Shown: positions 1 through 7,890, numbered from the stretch's first letter. The stretch is 17,798 nt of DNA from an uncultured archaeon (GCA_937921735.1 CAKZTQ010000051.1:1-17798), one strand, 5' to 3'. Translations and numbers: made by a program. Notes: generated from the sequence alone by a model not told the origin.

Positions 1-182
1 TAGCCCTCCTCGCCCTCCTCACGCCTAATAGAATCCTCAACCCGCTCAACAACAAATTTTGAAATCGAAACACCGGCCCCCTCAGCCCGCCGCCTCCAAT
101 CCTCAACCATCTCTAAAGAAGGCAAATAAACGTAAATGGCACGATCCTTAATGGTACGCGTCTTACCCCTATCAGGCTTCAC
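1..182 (-). CDS. Ribbon-helix-helix (CopG/MetJ-like) domain protein, N-terminal part; runs off the window edge
   Basis: Hand translation from GTG at 182: MKPDRGKTRTIKDRAIYVYLPSLEMVEDWRRRAEGAGVSISKFVVERVEDSIRREEGEEG..., with no stop before position 3. The beta strand IYVYLP, a helix, then G-V-S-I-S-K-F-V fit the RHH pattern. GGTG-like SD upstream. Not in the ORF track. Confidence 0.7.
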   Translation of the reverse strand, partial: MKPDRGKTRTIKDRAIYVYLPSLEMVEDWRRRAEGAGVSISKFVVERVEDSIRREEGEEG

Positions 183-235
183 AAACCAACACCACAAAGA
201 TAAACAACATTCAAGTTTTATTACTAGTAAATTAG

Positions 236-320
236 TGCGGGGGGTGGGATTCGAACCCACGAACCCCTTCGGGATCAGATCTTGAGTCTGACGCCTTTAA
301 CCAGGCTTGGCTACCCCCGC
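236..320 (-). tRNA. tRNA-Leu (anticodon CAA), no intron, CCA not encoded
   Basis: Reverse complement GCGGGGGTAGCCAAGCCTGGTTAAAGGCGTCAGACTCAAGATCTGATCCCGAAGGGGTTCGTGGGTTCGAATCCCACCCCCCGCA. Acceptor stem GCGGGGG/CCCCCGC, anticodon arm TCAGA-CTCAAGA-TCTGA, long variable arm, T-loop TTCGAAT, discriminator A. Confidence 0.97.
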
Positions 321-343
321 AATTATGAGGTCATAAGCTCGAG

Positions 344-358
344 CTAATTAAGATTTTC
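344..358 (-). promoter_or_regulatory. Putative BRE/TATA promoter of tRNA-Leu
   Basis: Minus strand reads GAAAATC-TTAATTAG about 25-35 nt upstream of the tRNA 5' end. Confidence 0.55.
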
Positions 359-1307
359 AGCCCCTACATATCTTGAAGTAGCCGCAGGTGCTGGGACATC
401 GCTCCGGCAGGCCAGGGTCGCGTTGCCGTGCGACTATCGCTAGTTTCCTATCGCGCGCCCGAAGGAATTGAAGCCTCAGCTCATCGTCTATCTGGCGGAC
501 GCGCCTCACGACGAGGGGCGCGGGACGATCCTCGGGAAATCTAATGTAGGCTAGCATCCCGAAGTCCACCCGTCGCTCAAAAGCGCTCTCGAAGGCTAGG
601 GCATAACCCGCGAGCGTGAGCCTGTGGTATGCTTGCTCCTTGCCAGTCTTCATCTCCATCACCATCGTGTGGACCGCCTGAAAGGCGTCTATGCTTAGCT
701 GCTTGCTGAGCCCCACCTTGGAGCCGTCGATCCTGTGCTCCATCGTCAGCGGGATCGCGTGCGCCACTAGGCTGTCGACGCCTATGTGCGGCGAGCGGGA
801 GAAGATCGAGGTGACAGCCGCCGCGATCTGGCCTGCCTCGAAGTCCCAGAGCTTGAGCATGTTCCGCTTCACTTGCTCGAGCTCGTCATCCCCAACCCTT
901 GCCTCCTCGATCAGTCCTTGTCTCTCCACGAGCAATCCCTCAACGGCCTCGACCGCGCAGTCCGCCAGCGCTCTCGAGAGCTCGGACCCAAGAGTTAGGC
1001 CTTCGTAGATCAACCTCTTCGCCCACGTGACCACCGCCTCCAGTGTGGCATGATAAAGCGTGCCCCTTACCATGGGTAGACTCACCGGCGCCTCGAAGCC
1101 TTCCACGTAGCGTAGGTAGATGTCGCGCGACGTGGGGCAGAACTCGCTGGCCACGGCGCTGACCGGCAGGTACCCGCCCACGGGTGGCTTCACGGGGCGT
1201 TCGCGGTAGCGCCAACCCCTGAACCTGGGGCTGACGCGAGGGGGCGAGCTGTACCCGTATGAGCGGAGCACCTCGTCCAAGCTCTTGCCGAAGACCGCAT
1301 AGACCAA
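357..1307 (-). CDS. csa1: Cas4-family nuclease, Csa1 (Cas4a)-like, with 4Fe-4S cluster
   Basis: Csa1-type N-terminal motif RGWRYxExPVKPP...LPVSAVASEFCPTSRDIYLRYV; RGTLYH; RecB-like D...ExK (IDAF...VMEMKTG); HRLTLAGYALAFES; IDDELR; C-terminal CPSTCGYFKIC. One N-terminal plus three C-terminal Cys match the Cas4 cluster arrangement. TTG start uncertain. Confidence 0.88.
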   Translation of the reverse strand: MVYAVFGKSLDEVLRSYGYSSPPRVSPRFRGWRYRERPVKPPVGGYLPVSAVASEFCPTSRDIYLRYVEGFEAPVSLPMVRGTLYHATLEAVVTWAKRLIYEGLTLGSELSRALADCAVEAVEGLLVERQGLIEEARVGDDELEQVKRNMLKLWDFEAGQIAAAVTSIFSRSPHIGVDSLVAHAIPLTMEHRIDGSKVGLSKQLSIDAFQAVHTMVMEMKTGKEQAYHRLTLAGYALAFESAFERRVDFGMLAYIRFPEDRPAPLVVRRVRQIDDELRLQFLRARDRKLAIVARQRDPGLPERCPSTCGYFKICRG

Positions 1308-1324
1308 GCGGATGCCCGTCCACG

Positions 1325-1350
1325 ATTTAAGGCGGAGCGCTTAATTAAAA
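1325..1350. promoter_or_regulatory. Overlapping divergent TATA elements between csa1 and the M28 peptidase
   Basis: ATTTAAG at 1325-1331 (+) and TTAATTAAAA at 1341-1350 (reads TTTTAATTAA on -), in a 55-bp divergent gap. Confidence 0.45.
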
Positions 1351-1362
1351 CCGCGGGTTTAG

Positions 1363-2562
1363 ATGGCTGGCTTCGAGGCTCGCCGGGCGTTCGAGCACAT
1401 AGATAAGCTCGCGTACGAAATAGGACCTCGCCTCGCTGGCACCAGAGGCGAAGAGCTCGCGGCCGAGTACATCAAGGAGCAGTTCAAGGCTTACGGCTAC
1501 AAAGTGGAGACATCGAGATTTGAGTTCGTCGACAAGCTTGCCCGCTCAAGGGTAAAGGCATGCTGCATCCTCGCCGCCTTCTTCGCATCGCTGTTTCTTT
1601 CCCCCAACGCATCCCTCCTAGCGCTCATCGGCGCGCTCCTCCTCCCCCGGCTCCTGCCCAAGGCCTTGCCGAGGCATAGGAGCCAAAACGTGATCGCGAC
1701 CTTGAATGCGGAAAATCCGAGGACGCGCATACTGATATGCGCGCACTACGACTCGGCTAGGTGTACTAGGAGCCGGAGCCTGAACATCTTCATCTGGTTG
1801 ACGTCAGCGCCCTCGCTCTGGGCCTTTGTCGCATGCTCGATCGCGCGAGCGCTGGGCATATTATCGAGCTGGTGGGTCGCTTGGACCTGCTTGGCGGCGA
1901 TCTTGCTACCATCTCACGTAGGCATGCTCATCTCTAGCTCGAGCCGACGCGCCTCCCCGGGCGCCAATGACAACGCCTCGGGTGTGGCGGTCATGCTGGA
2001 GGTCGCGCGGGTCGCGGCGGAGGATCGTCCAGGCGAGGCCGAGCTCGTGTTCGTTGCTACGGGTGCGGAGGAGGAAGGCCTACAGGGCTCTCGCGCGCTC
2101 GCCGCAACCATGCGGGACGGCGTGGCACTCAACCTCGATTCCGTGGGCGTGGGTTCGAGGATCCACTTCGTGGAGGGCAACGGTGCCCTCAGGAGATGGA
2201 GGACCTCGCCGGAAGTCAACCTAGCCCTCATCGCTTGTGCGCGGAGGCTGAAGCTGAAACTCTTCCCGATGTGGTCCGTCCTCGCATCGCACGACCATAT
2301 CCCTCTCCTTCGCTCGGGCTTCAAAGCGACGACGATCAGCGTGGACAAGGTTGGGGCGAGTAAGCTCGAACGCTTGATTTCGAGGGTAACGGGTCTGCCC
2401 AACGCCCACATACGTCGCTACGAGTACTTACACACCGCAGACGACCTTCCTGAAAGAATTGAGATCGAAAACGTTGAGAGGGTCGGGCAAATTGTGCTGG
2501 AGTTCATCAAAGCCGTCGCGACCGAGGATAAACATTTATGCCAAGAGTCTCACAACAGCTAG
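1363..2562 (+). CDS. Membrane-embedded M28 family zinc metallopeptidase
   Basis: GPRLAGT, NVIA, AHYDS, GANDNASG, AEEEGLQGS, NLDSVG, HDH and YLHTADD motifs supply the M28 Zn ligands. Two hydrophobic hairpins are inserted in the domain. Confidence 0.9.
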   Translation: MAGFEARRAFEHIDKLAYEIGPRLAGTRGEELAAEYIKEQFKAYGYKVETSRFEFVDKLARSRVKACCILAAFFASLFLSPNASLLALIGALLLPRLLPKALPRHRSQNVIATLNAENPRTRILICAHYDSARCTRSRSLNIFIWLTSAPSLWAFVACSIARALGILSSWWVAWTCLAAILLPSHVGMLISSSSRRASPGANDNASGVAVMLEVARVAAEDRPGEAELVFVATGAEEEGLQGSRALAATMRDGVALNLDSVGVGSRIHFVEGNGALRRWRTSPEVNLALIACARRLKLKLFPMWSVLASHDHIPLLRSGFKATTISVDKVGASKLERLISRVTGLPNAHIRRYEYLHTADDLPERIEIENVERVGQIVLEFIKAVATEDKHLCQESHNS

Positions 2563-2573
2563 GACGTGAACAA

Positions 2574-2957
2574 ATGGGACCGGTGAAGGAAAAAACAGCC
2601 AGGGGCATAGCGGAATACATCTTATCGGCGATGGTGGCGTTCGTTATGATCACTTGGATCGCCTATTATGTGACCGGCGCCGGCGCTCCACCATCTCTTG
2701 AGGTATCCCTCGTCTCGCGCGATGGATCCGTCTTCCTGCAGGTGGTAAAGGGGAACATCCCGAAAGGGGATTGGGAATACCTACTCTTCGACGAGCGCGT
2801 AAACCCGCCGATAATATGGACGCCGGGACCAGCCGATATCGAGGAGGGCGTGGAGATATTGCTCGGATCGGGATTGAGGCCAGCGACCTATCGCGTGCAG
2901 ATCAAACATGCGCCGACCCTTCGGATGATCCTGGATGGAAAAGTAACGGTCTATTGA
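2574..2957 (+). CDS. Small secreted/membrane protein, probable archaeal type IV pilin-like
   Basis: From ATG 2574: MGPVKEKTARG|IAEYILSAMVAFVMITWIAYYV, a charged leader ending RG followed by a hydrophobic helix, then a Pro-initiated beta-rich domain. The track start at 2538 overlaps the upstream gene. Confidence 0.55.
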   Translation: MGPVKEKTARGIAEYILSAMVAFVMITWIAYYVTGAGAPPSLEVSLVSRDGSVFLQVVKGNIPKGDWEYLLFDERVNPPIIWTPGPADIEEGVEILLGSGLRPATYRVQIKHAPTLRMILDGKVTVY

Positions 2958-2969
2958 GCCCTTGAGCTT

Positions 2970-3914
2970 TTACTCTTCCCTCCTGTAGGGCTTAAGCAAA
3001 GCAGCAGGATACGTTGCCCTCCTAGCCACCGCGACCAGGACTATTATGGTGAATATGTATGGCAACATCTGGAGGATCCTATACGGAAACGCCACTCCCA
3101 CGGCTTGCAGAGACGTCTGGAGCGCATCTATTCCCCCGAACAGCAATGCTCCAATGAGGATCCGATAGGGCATCCAATTGCCGAAGACGACCAGTGCGAT
3201 GCAAACCCACCCCCGGCCCGCGGTCATCAGTGGCAAGAACATGCTGCTCTGGGCTATGGAGAACCAAGCTCCCCCTATCGCGGATAGGGCCCCGGCCACC
3301 ATCAGGCAAAGATACCGGATGCGGAAAACGTTTATGCCTGCCGTATCCGCTGCCTTAGGGTTTTGCCCTACCGCGGTTATCTGAAGTCCAAGCGTGGTCC
3401 TGTCAAAGATAAACGCGGCTATGGGAACTAGCAACAGGGCGATGTATACCAATACGTACTGCTGGAACAAGATCGGTCCCAGGACTGGGATATCGCCGAG
3501 CAGCGGAATGTAAATCGGGCGGAAAGGTGTCACCGTCGGTGGGACACCTCCGAGCTCGCCCACGAAGATTCGATACAAGTAAAAGCTCAACCCCATGCCA
3601 AGGAAAAACACGCCCAAGCCCGAGACGTGCTGCTGGGCCCCCATCGTAACAGTTAGGAAGGCCATGAGCAGCCCCAGCAGGATGCCCACCAGCGCTGCTA
3701 CCCCCACGCCCAGCCATAGGCTACCGGTGTAAAAGGTCGTCGTGAAGGCCACGCTGGCGCCCATCAACATCATCCCCTCTATGCCCAAGTTAAGGATGCC
3801 CGAACGCTCGGCGAAGGCCTCGCCTATGGTACCGAAGAGGAGCGGCACGGCCATTCGAAGGGTGGCCGCCAAAAAGCTGATGATGAACGTTGCGGTGATT
3901 ACCTCCCCGATCAT
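2970..3914 (-). CDS. ABC transporter permease (nucleoside/simple-sugar CUT2 type, NupC/YufQ-like)
   Basis: ERSGILNLGIEGMML, GLQITAVGQNPKAADTAGINV, AGRGWVCIALVVFGNW and C-terminal PAALLKPYRRE; polytopic. Confidence 0.92.
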   Translation of the reverse strand: MIGEVITATFIISFLAATLRMAVPLLFGTIGEAFAERSGILNLGIEGMMLMGASVAFTTTFYTGSLWLGVGVAALVGILLGLLMAFLTVTMGAQQHVSGLGVFFLGMGLSFYLYRIFVGELGGVPPTVTPFRPIYIPLLGDIPVLGPILFQQYVLVYIALLLVPIAAFIFDRTTLGLQITAVGQNPKAADTAGINVFRIRYLCLMVAGALSAIGGAWFSIAQSSMFLPLMTAGRGWVCIALVVFGNWMPYRILIGALLFGGIDALQTSLQAVGVAFPYRILQMLPYIFTIIVLVAVARRATYPAALLKPYRREE

Positions 3915-5023
3915 TCCCTCACCCTCCTCACCCTGTAGTTAATCATGAAAATGCCGATCAACAAGCAAATCATTATCACGCCTTGCATCACCCTCCAGAA
4001 AGGCGAGTAGACCCCAGTGGCACGGTACATCGCCTGCGAGCCGTTGATCATTATCGCCATGAAAAACGCTGCGAGCATCACGCCAAGGGGGTGCAATCCG
4101 CCAAGCATGGCTATGAAAACGCCCGCGTAGCCGTAGCCCCAAGACAGCTCCCCGACCGCTCCCATCGCTATGCCCTTGAGGTGGAAATGCGTTCCGCAGA
4201 GCTCGTTTACCCCCGCTATGCCAGCTATCCCGCCGCTGAGGATGGCAGCAGTTATGAGGACCCTGCCGACGTTTATCCCAGCGAAGCCCGCTGCCCTTGG
4301 ATTCGCGCCCACCGCCTTTAGCTGGTAGCCCCAGATGCTCCTACGCATTATCAGAAGGAAGAGCAGGGAAATTAAGACGGCTATTATGAGGCCAATATGG
4401 ATCCGATATCCGGGTATCAAAGTGGGAAACCGAGCTGCCGAGGCGATCGCGGGGGACTCAGGCCATAGTGAGTAAGGATCCCTCCACGGGCCCTCCACCA
4501 AAGCTCCCACAAAGTATAACATTATCCAGTTGCCGAGGAGCGTGGTCACCACATCGTCAGCCCCGAACTTCGCCCTCAGTATCGCCGGTATTGCCGCCCA
4601 CGCGGCCCCGGCTAGGAAGCCAGCGACCGTCACCAACGGGATCAGCACCCACGAGGGCAACCCGACGAAAGTAACCCCGAAGTATGCCGCAAGCGTAGCG
4701 CCCGCAAGCATTTGGCCCTCCGCGCCGATGTTCCAGAACTTGCAGGTGAAGGCGACGGCGACGGCGGTACCCGTGAGCAGGAGGGGAGTGAACCTCCACA
4801 AGGTCTCGGTTAAGGCAAGCTTTCCGCCCAAGGCTCCAGAAAATAGGTGATAATATGCAATGGCTGGGTTTACCCCCGCCGAAAGTATGAGGATCGCCCC
4901 GATTATCAAAGAGATCACCACTGATAAGACGTACCACTTGACCCTCGTCAGAAGTGGTGGGGGTGGTCTCTTCTCGATTCTAAACTTTGGGAGCCCGATC
5001 TTCGCTTTAAGCTGCGGAGGCAT
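3911..5023 (-). CDS. ABC transporter permease (NupB/YufP-like)
   Basis: FWNIGAEGQ, GYQLKAVGANPRAAGFAGI, GYGYAGVFIAMLGGLHP; 4-nt overlap with the downstream permease. Confidence 0.92.
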   Translation of the reverse strand: MPPQLKAKIGLPKFRIEKRPPPPLLTRVKWYVLSVVISLIIGAILILSAGVNPAIAYYHLFSGALGGKLALTETLWRFTPLLLTGTAVAVAFTCKFWNIGAEGQMLAGATLAAYFGVTFVGLPSWVLIPLVTVAGFLAGAAWAAIPAILRAKFGADDVVTTLLGNWIMLYFVGALVEGPWRDPYSLWPESPAIASAARFPTLIPGYRIHIGLIIAVLISLLFLLIMRRSIWGYQLKAVGANPRAAGFAGINVGRVLITAAILSGGIAGIAGVNELCGTHFHLKGIAMGAVGELSWGYGYAGVFIAMLGGLHPLGVMLAAFFMAIMINGSQAMYRATGVYSPFWRVMQGVIMICLLIGIFMINYRVRRVRE

Positions 5024-6564
5024 TATTTCCTCCCTCCCCTGATTTTGCTCAGCGGCGTCCCGGCCATCATAAGCCCTAGCTCCTCTATCTTCGCCTTTGC
5101 CGCTGGGAGTATGCCCATGATCTTCCCCTCGTAAATTACCGCTATTCGATCGCTCAGCATCAATATCTCCCCCAAGTCTTCCGAGATGAGCAAAATGGCT
5201 GCGCCCTTTTTCTTCTGCTCGAGCAACTTTCTACGGATATATTCGGTTGCTCCCACATCCAGCCCGCGCGTGGGCTGAGAAGCTATCAAAATCTTGGGAT
5301 TTTGAGCGAGCACGCGGGCCAATATCAGTTTCTGTAGATTACCGCCAGATAAGGTCTTTGTCAGAGCATCTCGACTGGGAGTCACTATCTTGTACTCGGA
5401 TATCAACTTCTCCGCGTAATTGTTGATTTGAGCGTGATCGAGGAAGATACCGGCTGGCAGGAAAAAGAACTTATCGGAAAATTTTTCATGGACCTCGGAG
5501 ACGAGATTCTCGGCTACGGTGAGATCAGTGATCAATCCCATTTGGAGCCTGTCCTCGGGGATGCGGCCCACGCCCAAATCGATTATTTCCTTGGGCGAAC
5601 GGTTGGTCACGTCTTGCCCGAAGATCAATACCTTACCGGAGGTCGCCTTTCGAACGCCCGCGATCACCTCTGCCAACTCCCTCTGCCCATTGCCTGAGAC
5701 CCCAGCTATCCCCAGGATCTCCCCCTCGTGCACGGAGAAGGAGACGCCCTTGAGCGCGGGTAGGCCGCGGTCGCTCAAGGCATGAAGATCCTCGACCTGC
5801 AGAGCTGGCCTGCCGATCTTAGCTCTCGCCTTCCTGAGCCTGAAAACGACCTCTCGTCCCACCATCAACTTGGCCAATTCCCTTTTGTTGGTAGCGCTCG
5901 TTTTCTTTGTCGCGACAACTTTCCCATTCCTAAGCACGGTTACCCTATCGCTTATCTCCATAACTTCATCTAGCTTGTGGCTGATGAAAATTATGGCGCA
6001 TCCCGCTTTGGCGAGGGATCTAAGGGTTTTAAAAAGCTCCTTTGTCTCCTGAGGGGTGAGGACGGCGGTGGGCTCGTCCAAGATCAAGATCTCGGCGCCC
6101 CTAAACAAGGCCTTGAGTATTTCAACCCTCTGCTGCTCCCCTACCGAAAGCTGCCATATCTGTGCGTGGGGATCGACCTTGATCCCGTACTTCTGTGATA
6201 TCTCAGCGACTTTCTTCTCTGCCTCCTCCAAGTTGAGTATTCCCCTAGGAAACTTCATCCCGAGGATGATGTTTTGAGTCACGGTGAATGGTGGGACTAA
6301 GACGAAGTGCTGGTGGATCATGCCTATCTTAAGATCCACCGCATCCCTCGGCGATCTTATAGTCACCCTTTTGCCACGAACGTAGATCTCGCCCGCGTCT
6401 GGCGTATAGAGCCCATAGAGTATGTTCATCAAAGTTGTCTTCCCGGCACCGTTCTCACCGAGCAAAGCGTGAATTTCCCCCTTCCTGATCTCGAGATCGA
6501 TGTTGTCATTCGCAACTACTCCCGGAAAACGTTTAGTGATGCCCTTCATCACGACAATTGGCAT
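5023..6564 (-). CDS. ABC transporter ATP-binding protein with two NBDs (NupA/YufO-like)
   Basis: Walker A GENGAGKT, LSVGEQQRVEI, LILDEPT, FISHKL; second degenerate NBD GVSGNGQ, LSGGNLQK, QPTRGLD. Start placed at ATG 6564 (ATG 6591 is an alternative) because the track start 6642 reads through a terminator-like hairpin. Confidence 0.93.
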   Translation of the reverse strand: MPIVVMKGITKRFPGVVANDNIDLEIRKGEIHALLGENGAGKTTLMNILYGLYTPDAGEIYVRGKRVTIRSPRDAVDLKIGMIHQHFVLVPPFTVTQNIILGMKFPRGILNLEEAEKKVAEISQKYGIKVDPHAQIWQLSVGEQQRVEILKALFRGAEILILDEPTAVLTPQETKELFKTLRSLAKAGCAIIFISHKLDEVMEISDRVTVLRNGKVVATKKTSATNKRELAKLMVGREVVFRLRKARAKIGRPALQVEDLHALSDRGLPALKGVSFSVHEGEILGIAGVSGNGQRELAEVIAGVRKATSGKVLIFGQDVTNRSPKEIIDLGVGRIPEDRLQMGLITDLTVAENLVSEVHEKFSDKFFFLPAGIFLDHAQINNYAEKLISEYKIVTPSRDALTKTLSGGNLQKLILARVLAQNPKILIASQPTRGLDVGATEYIRRKLLEQKKKGAAILLISEDLGEILMLSDRIAVIYEGKIMGILPAAKAKIEELGLMMAGTPLSKIRGGRK

Positions 6565-6607
6565 TTCCTTCACTGTCTCACCGAGGCCCATGATGCCTGA
6601 CGAGCTT

Positions 6608-6634
6608 AAAAAATAAAAAGGGGGAGGTCCCCCC
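6608..6634 (-). terminator. Stem-loop plus U-tract after the substrate-binding protein gene
   Basis: Minus strand GGGGGG-ACCT-CCCCC followed by TTTTTATTTTTT, starting about 11 nt after the stop at 6646. Confidence 0.7.
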
Positions 6635-6645
6635 AAACTCATCGC

Positions 6646-7788
6646 CTAATCCGATACCGGCACCGTCTCGTCTATTGGGGCCCTGATCCTTCCAGCCAAG
6701 ATCTCATCTATGATCTTTCCGCAGATGTCGTGCATGTTCCCCCTGATGACCATGTCCTCCGCCACATATGGTGGGGTCAGTGTTACGGTATACGTTTTGT
6801 TGAGTTTCTGAACGATGGCTGGATGTAGCCTCGTCCCATAATTGTGCCAACCCGGGTAACCGGCAAGTTTGGCGCCGCCCTTGCCCATCATCGTCCACTC
6901 CGCCAAGTCCATCGCGAAGGGCTTTCGGCCCCTCTCCTCAAAGGTCTCTATCACGTACTTCACGAGCGGCCACATGTCCCACTCCGGACCCGTGATGACA
7001 AGCTCCGGAGCTAGCTCCCATTGATCCAACAGGTTGCCGAAAAGCGGGATCACCTTGTTCTCCGTAGTTAACACCTCGAGCGCGGCGTCGTGGACTCCGT
7101 ATCGCTCGGCATACATCACGTCCGCACCCGCTCTAATCTGGGCCAACGCGAGTTCCTTTACCCTGGGAGGATCGAACCACTCGCCGAGGAAGCTGACCTT
7201 CACCTTTACGTTTGGGTTCACCAACTTCGCCCCTTGGATGTAGGCGTTGACGAGCCTGTTCACCTCGGGTATCGGAACTCCGCCGACCACGCCTATCACA
7301 TTGCTCTCGGTCAGGGTGCCGGCGATAATTCCAATGATGAACGCTGGCTCGTGGATCCAATCGTCGAAGACCGCCACATTCGGCTCAACTGGACCGAGAC
7401 CTGAGCCCATCACGAACTGCACGTTCGGGAAATCCTTCGCAGAGACACGGGCCGATGCCTCGCATCCAAACACGTCGCTGAAAATTATGTCGTATTTAGG
7501 CGCCCATTCCCTGAGTACCCGCGGGAGGTCGGCGTAACCGATTTCATCCGTCCATTCGTATACGATCCCGTACTCGCTCTGCGCCTTCAGTAAGGCCTTG
7601 TGTATCACGCCGACCCAAGGTTCCTCGACCAAAGTAGTTATGGGGAAACCGATCCGGAGAACCTCCTTGGGTGGCTTTTCCTCCTTGGGCCTAGTAGTCA
7701 GGTAAACGGCCCCTGCGATTATGGCCACAATGATCAGCGCTATCACAACAACGGCACCGGTAGCTATGCCCAATTCCCTTCTATTCAT
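6646..7788 (-). CDS. BMP/PnrA/Med-family ABC substrate-binding protein (probable nucleoside/purine), N-terminally anchored
   Basis: AKDFPNVQF, EPAFIIGIIAGTLTESNVIGVVGG, AYIQGAKLVNPNVKV, WFDP, GADV motifs. N-terminal hydrophobic anchor; AGGAGG SD at 7795-7800; heads a CUT2 ABC operon. Confidence 0.92.
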   Translation of the reverse strand: MNRRELGIATGAVVVIALIIVAIIAGAVYLTTRPKEEKPPKEVLRIGFPITTLVEEPWVGVIHKALLKAQSEYGIVYEWTDEIGYADLPRVLREWAPKYDIIFSDVFGCEASARVSAKDFPNVQFVMGSGLGPVEPNVAVFDDWIHEPAFIIGIIAGTLTESNVIGVVGGVPIPEVNRLVNAYIQGAKLVNPNVKVKVSFLGEWFDPPRVKELALAQIRAGADVMYAERYGVHDAALEVLTTENKVIPLFGNLLDQWELAPELVITGPEWDMWPLVKYVIETFEERGRKPFAMDLAEWTMMGKGGAKLAGYPGWHNYGTRLHPAIVQKLNKTYTVTLTPPYVAEDMVIRGNMHDICGKIIDEILAGRIRAPIDETVPVSD

Positions 7789-7826
7789 CGTTTGCCTCCT
7801 TGGTAAGATAGCCTACGACGCAGGCA

Positions 7827-7840
7827 TTTATATGTCTTTT
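7827..7840 (-). promoter_or_regulatory. BRE/TATA promoter for the ABC operon (TATA may also serve the divergent gene)
   Basis: Minus strand AAAAGAC-ATATAAA; the same bases read TTTATAT on +. A near-identical AAAAGAC-TTTATA precedes the PiT gene. Confidence 0.6.
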
Positions 7841-7890
7841 TGATTGGAAAGACACAAAAGTCCTCCACCCCATTTCAGGGTGGTGATGGT

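Noticed and set aside
236-320. tRNA intron or suppressor/recoding tRNA
   Set aside because: The anticodon loop is a clean 7 nt with CAA, and the extra length is the normal Leu variable arm.
940-1323. 127-aa alternative-frame ORF over the csa1 5' half
   Set aside because: Arg/Gly-rich shadow translation with no motifs; the csa1 frame holds all conserved residues.
338-1350. Similar GAGC..TAATTAA motifs on both sides of csa1 as mobile-element ends
   Set aside because: The match is short and imperfect, both copies sit where TATA boxes are expected, and no target duplication or transposase is visible.
1-1362. CRISPR array or leader near csa1
   Set aside because: No regularly spaced direct repeats seen by eye; the non-coding gaps are too short and are explained by the tRNA and promoters.
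2538-2573. Track start of the pilin-like ORF
   Set aside because: Overlaps the peptidase gene; ATG 2574 gives a more typical short leader.
5023-5800. Degenerate Walker A/B in the second ATPase domain as a sign of decay
   Set aside because: GVSGNGQ and QPTRGLD are normal for the second NBD of CUT2-family ATPases.
6592-6642. N-terminal extension of the ABC ATPase (MSLGGPPPFYFL...)
   Set aside because: It is the translation of the hairpin and U-tract; family similarity starts near MPIVVMKGI.
7840-7890. N-terminal extension of the metallophosphoesterase
   Set aside because: TTG 7840 lies in the promoter region; GTG 7891 has a strong SD and the family-typical start.
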